DNA from: Lepidodermella squamata
Taxonomy: Eukaryota > Animalia > Gastrotricha
DNA length: 64,000 nt
Reading direction: 5' to 3'
Assembly (NCBI GenBank): GCA_047495785.1
Contig: JBLDXI010000048.1
Coordinates: 186,001 to 250,000 of the forward strand
A program made the translations under genes and the position numbers. Below are positions 61,336 to 64,000 of the stretch, one piece after another (positions within the stretch are counted from its first letter, which is position 1; each line of letters opens with the position of its first letter). A model generated the notes under the pieces. That model worked only from the letters and a program-made list of their open reading frames with translations. It was not told where the DNA came from and ran no database searches.

Positions 61336-62030
61336 TTAATGAGCATTTCCTGTAGGCTTGCTGCTGAAATCGGCCAGTCCAGCGAGTCCGGCATTGATAA
61401 CATGTGCCAATACGCAACCGAGGGCGAGCAGTGTTGGCAGCAGAGTAAGAGCGAAACCGAGAGCGCGGGCTTTCGGATGCAAGCGGTAGCCGATGAAGAA
61501 AAACACGCGGCCCAGCACGAAGATGAAAGACAGCAAAGGAATGAACCTGAAAAGATAGATTAATTAAGAAAATAAACAATTTGATAAATATTCCACGTAA
61601 TTCAAGGTAATTTTGAACCTAAGGCTTACTTTGAAGTGGATTCGTTGAGATAGGTGGCCGGGGACAGTAGCGCAACAGCATGAATTACAAATTGTTCGAA
61701 GGTATTGGCGAGAATTCGCTGGCTCAATGCTACTCGTTCCTCGTTTCCAGACCCAGGGTCGACAGCCGCCGACGTGAAACGCCCGATTGCTACCGTCAAA
61801 ATTGCGAAGACTAGCGCTGTAACGGAGACGGCAAGGCAACGCAGGGTTAGACCAATTCTCGCTTCAAGCTTGTCAGTTCCCGTGAACTTGAAGTCTTGAT
61901 TGTCGACCCATTGGTAGGCTACAGCAATAAAGCCGATAGCTAGTGGGTATTGGATGAAGTATGGAATTCGGGACGTGAAAAAGCCAGCTTCTTCCTTGGC
62001 CGCAGTGTTCGATGGCCTGCCTCTAGGCAT
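61336..62030 (-). CDS. TMEM79-like MAPEG-superfamily membrane protein, copy B
   Basis: Exons 62030-61630 and 61546-61336. RILANTFEQF, FVLGRVFFFIGY, RALGF; same intron position as copy A. Confidence 0.85.
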
Positions 62031-62698
62031 GATTAATGTAGAGACTAGTTTTGAATAACGGAAATAGAAAATACTGATGTTATGACCAAGCCCTATTATG
62101 TGAAAAAAAATCCATCGACCTTTGGAACCTATTTAATTTATGGCGAAAACTTAGAGAAATATATCTTCCGATACATCCATAACTTGATTTTCAGCCCAAA
62201 AAATAGGGAAAATGCGCAATTTCTCGCAGGATCTAATCATACAATTTGAGCGCGCGTTTCCGAAAATTGAATTTGTAGTCACCGAAAACCCGAAATTTCG
62301 ATAATTTCCATTCACGATTTATTTCCTTACTACTACGACTTTTTTGCAGGCGGCTTCAGGTCCGGCGCGTGCCAAATAGCACCAACTCCCCCGAATATTT
62401 TTTGAATTAGCGTCAAAAGCTCGTTATGAAATAAGCAGCCAGTGACAATGTCACATCGCCGTGCCTTCCATAATAAAATTAGTCGAATCGGAAAGGTCTT
62501 CTCACAAACAACTTTCTTATTTTTCTCATACGCAGGCGAGGAAACATGAACAGCAAAAAGCATATGTATACATCGCCGTTCGCAAACTGATTTCTTTTTT
62601 CCTTTTTCATGCGGTTAACCGTAACATTTTCAATACTTCCTTTTGATAAGAAGGAATTTAACATAGGAAAAACTTAAGTCGCACACCGGATTTCAAGC

Positions 62699-62712
62699 GT
62701 TGCCATGGAAAC
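62699..62712. promoter_or_regulatory. Near-perfect RFX X-box
   Basis: GTTGCCATGGAAAC, between divergently oriented TMEM79-like B and the astacin-like gene. It may derive from a repeat. Confidence 0.4.
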
Positions 62713-62994
62713 ATGGCTCCAAATAGTAAAGTTATTGAAATTCATGTCGAGCAAAAATTCAGCCCGACGATCATTCAGCAAATAACTCTGATCGGCCATA
62801 TGGTTTTATTGGCATTGGCTTTTCAAAAAAATGAGCTAAATAATGTCAACTGGACGTTCGTCCGTTATCGCCCGTAAACAACGGCGCACGCGTTGTTTTT
62901 CTGACGACCTGCGCAGTTAAATTAAATATCATTCACAAATTTATATTTATTCATTTTTCATTGGTGTGTAGTTCGATTAAACTTGGACAAGGTT

Positions 62995-64000
62995 ATGAAC
63001 GCATTGTATCACTTGTCAATCAGCTGTGTCGCTTTTGGGCTGATCGGGCCAGTTCTTGGTATACCGAAGAATGCTGGGCTATGGCCGAATGCCACCGTGA
63101 AATACATCATTGATACGAAGTATTTGAGTGAGCTCAACTTAGGAAACTAATTAAAAGCATAGATTTCCTCTCATTTTTCTCTAAACCGATATTTTTAGAT
63201 AATACACTTCGGAATTTCCTAGTACCCAATTACTCATTATTTTTTTTGATATTTAATGTTTGCAGGTCCATCGAACGTCAGAAACATCGAAGCGGCGATG
63301 GCCATTTGGTCTCAATCTACGTGTATAACTTTCACTCCACTTCCAGACCCGTGGTCACCGGACTTTGATGAGACTACGCCGAACGTCTTGATATTCAGAA
63401 TAGGCCAAGAGTGAAATCTCAGACTTCTCCTCAATTTTAATTATTCACCTTGTACTTTTTAGTTGCTTCGCGAAAGTTGGCATGACTTCGCCGCCGAATA
63501 ATATCATTATGGGACGCTACTGCGCTGAGCACGTATGGCTTTGATATAAACAGCCTGATTTAATCTCTTAATCAATTTTTTAATTTCAGGTGCCACCAAT
63601 CGCCGCCGCAATAGGCCGAGCCTTGGGATTGGCAAGTTATTCTGCGATATTTAATCATTTTTACACTATATTCTATGTATTTCAGAACTATGAACATGTT
63701 CGGGCAGATCGAGACGCCTTTGTCACAGTTCAGAATGCAAACGTTCCAGCGTAAGGCTTTGATTCAATTTAAATATTTGCTCCAACAAACCCAAATGCAT
63801 AATGTAGGGATTCAGCATCGTTGTTCGCCATCGATAACAACGACGAAGACTACGGCACTTTCTACGACACCGAGTCGAGCACGCACCCGAGTTGGTTCTG
63901 GAAAAGCACGCCCGACAAACCGACGATTTTAACGCGTGATCCTCGTGAGCAGTACAATCTCGGCCAAAAGCAGTTCATATCATTCATCGACTTTCAAAAA
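62995..64000 (+). CDS. Secreted astacin-like protein with degenerate Zn site, 3' end outside the window
   Basis: Exons 62995-63127, 63266-63410, 63463-63532, 63590-63631, 63686-63750, 63808->64000. LWPNATVKY, WSQSTCITF, CFAKVG, IGRALGL|NYEHVRADRD, NLGQKQFISFIDF. Intron 4 is GC-AG. Confidence 0.88.

Noticed and set aside
1-64000. Prokaryotic systems (CRISPR, operons, prophage)
   Set aside because: Spliceosomal introns, U1 snRNA and animal genes occur throughout; no repeat-spacer array was seen.

Overview
Gene-dense eukaryotic DNA from an invertebrate animal with motile cilia (DRC1 present). Introns are mostly 50-60 nt GT-AG, so the ORF track fragments nearly every gene; I rebuilt the exon models by hand from splice signals and reading phase. 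In order: SANBR/KIAA1841 (runs off the left edge); a DUSP10/puckered-type MAP kinase phosphatase; a ~1000-aa coiled-coil gene resembling CEP128, with MULE transposase debris in an intron; DRC1 with an X-box; an island of small genes (fascin-like beta-trefoil, a 10-Cys secreted peptide missed by the ORF track, a PAN/Apple protein and its truncated copy); tRNA-iMet followed closely by a U1 snRNA with an atypical Sm site; an uncharacterised 5-exon gene; four tandem GABA-B-like class C GPCR genes; a 5-exon SAP-domain gene fused to a prokaryote-like Zn-binding domain; several MITEs; a catalytically dead astacin-EGF-CUB-Kringle gene; a LITAF-domain gene; ornithine decarboxylase with a spliced uORF overlapping its start codon; two TMEM79/MAPEG-like genes; and a second dead astacin (runs off the right edge). 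Best novelty candidates: (i) the GPCR array, where the ligand-binding Venus flytrap is homogenised but the 7TM halves are very divergent, and one copy is truncated to a soluble ectodomain; (ii) the SAP/prokaryote-like fusion; (iii) the ODC uORF; (iv) the pseudo-astacin pair. All family assignments come from motif recognition; no searches were run.
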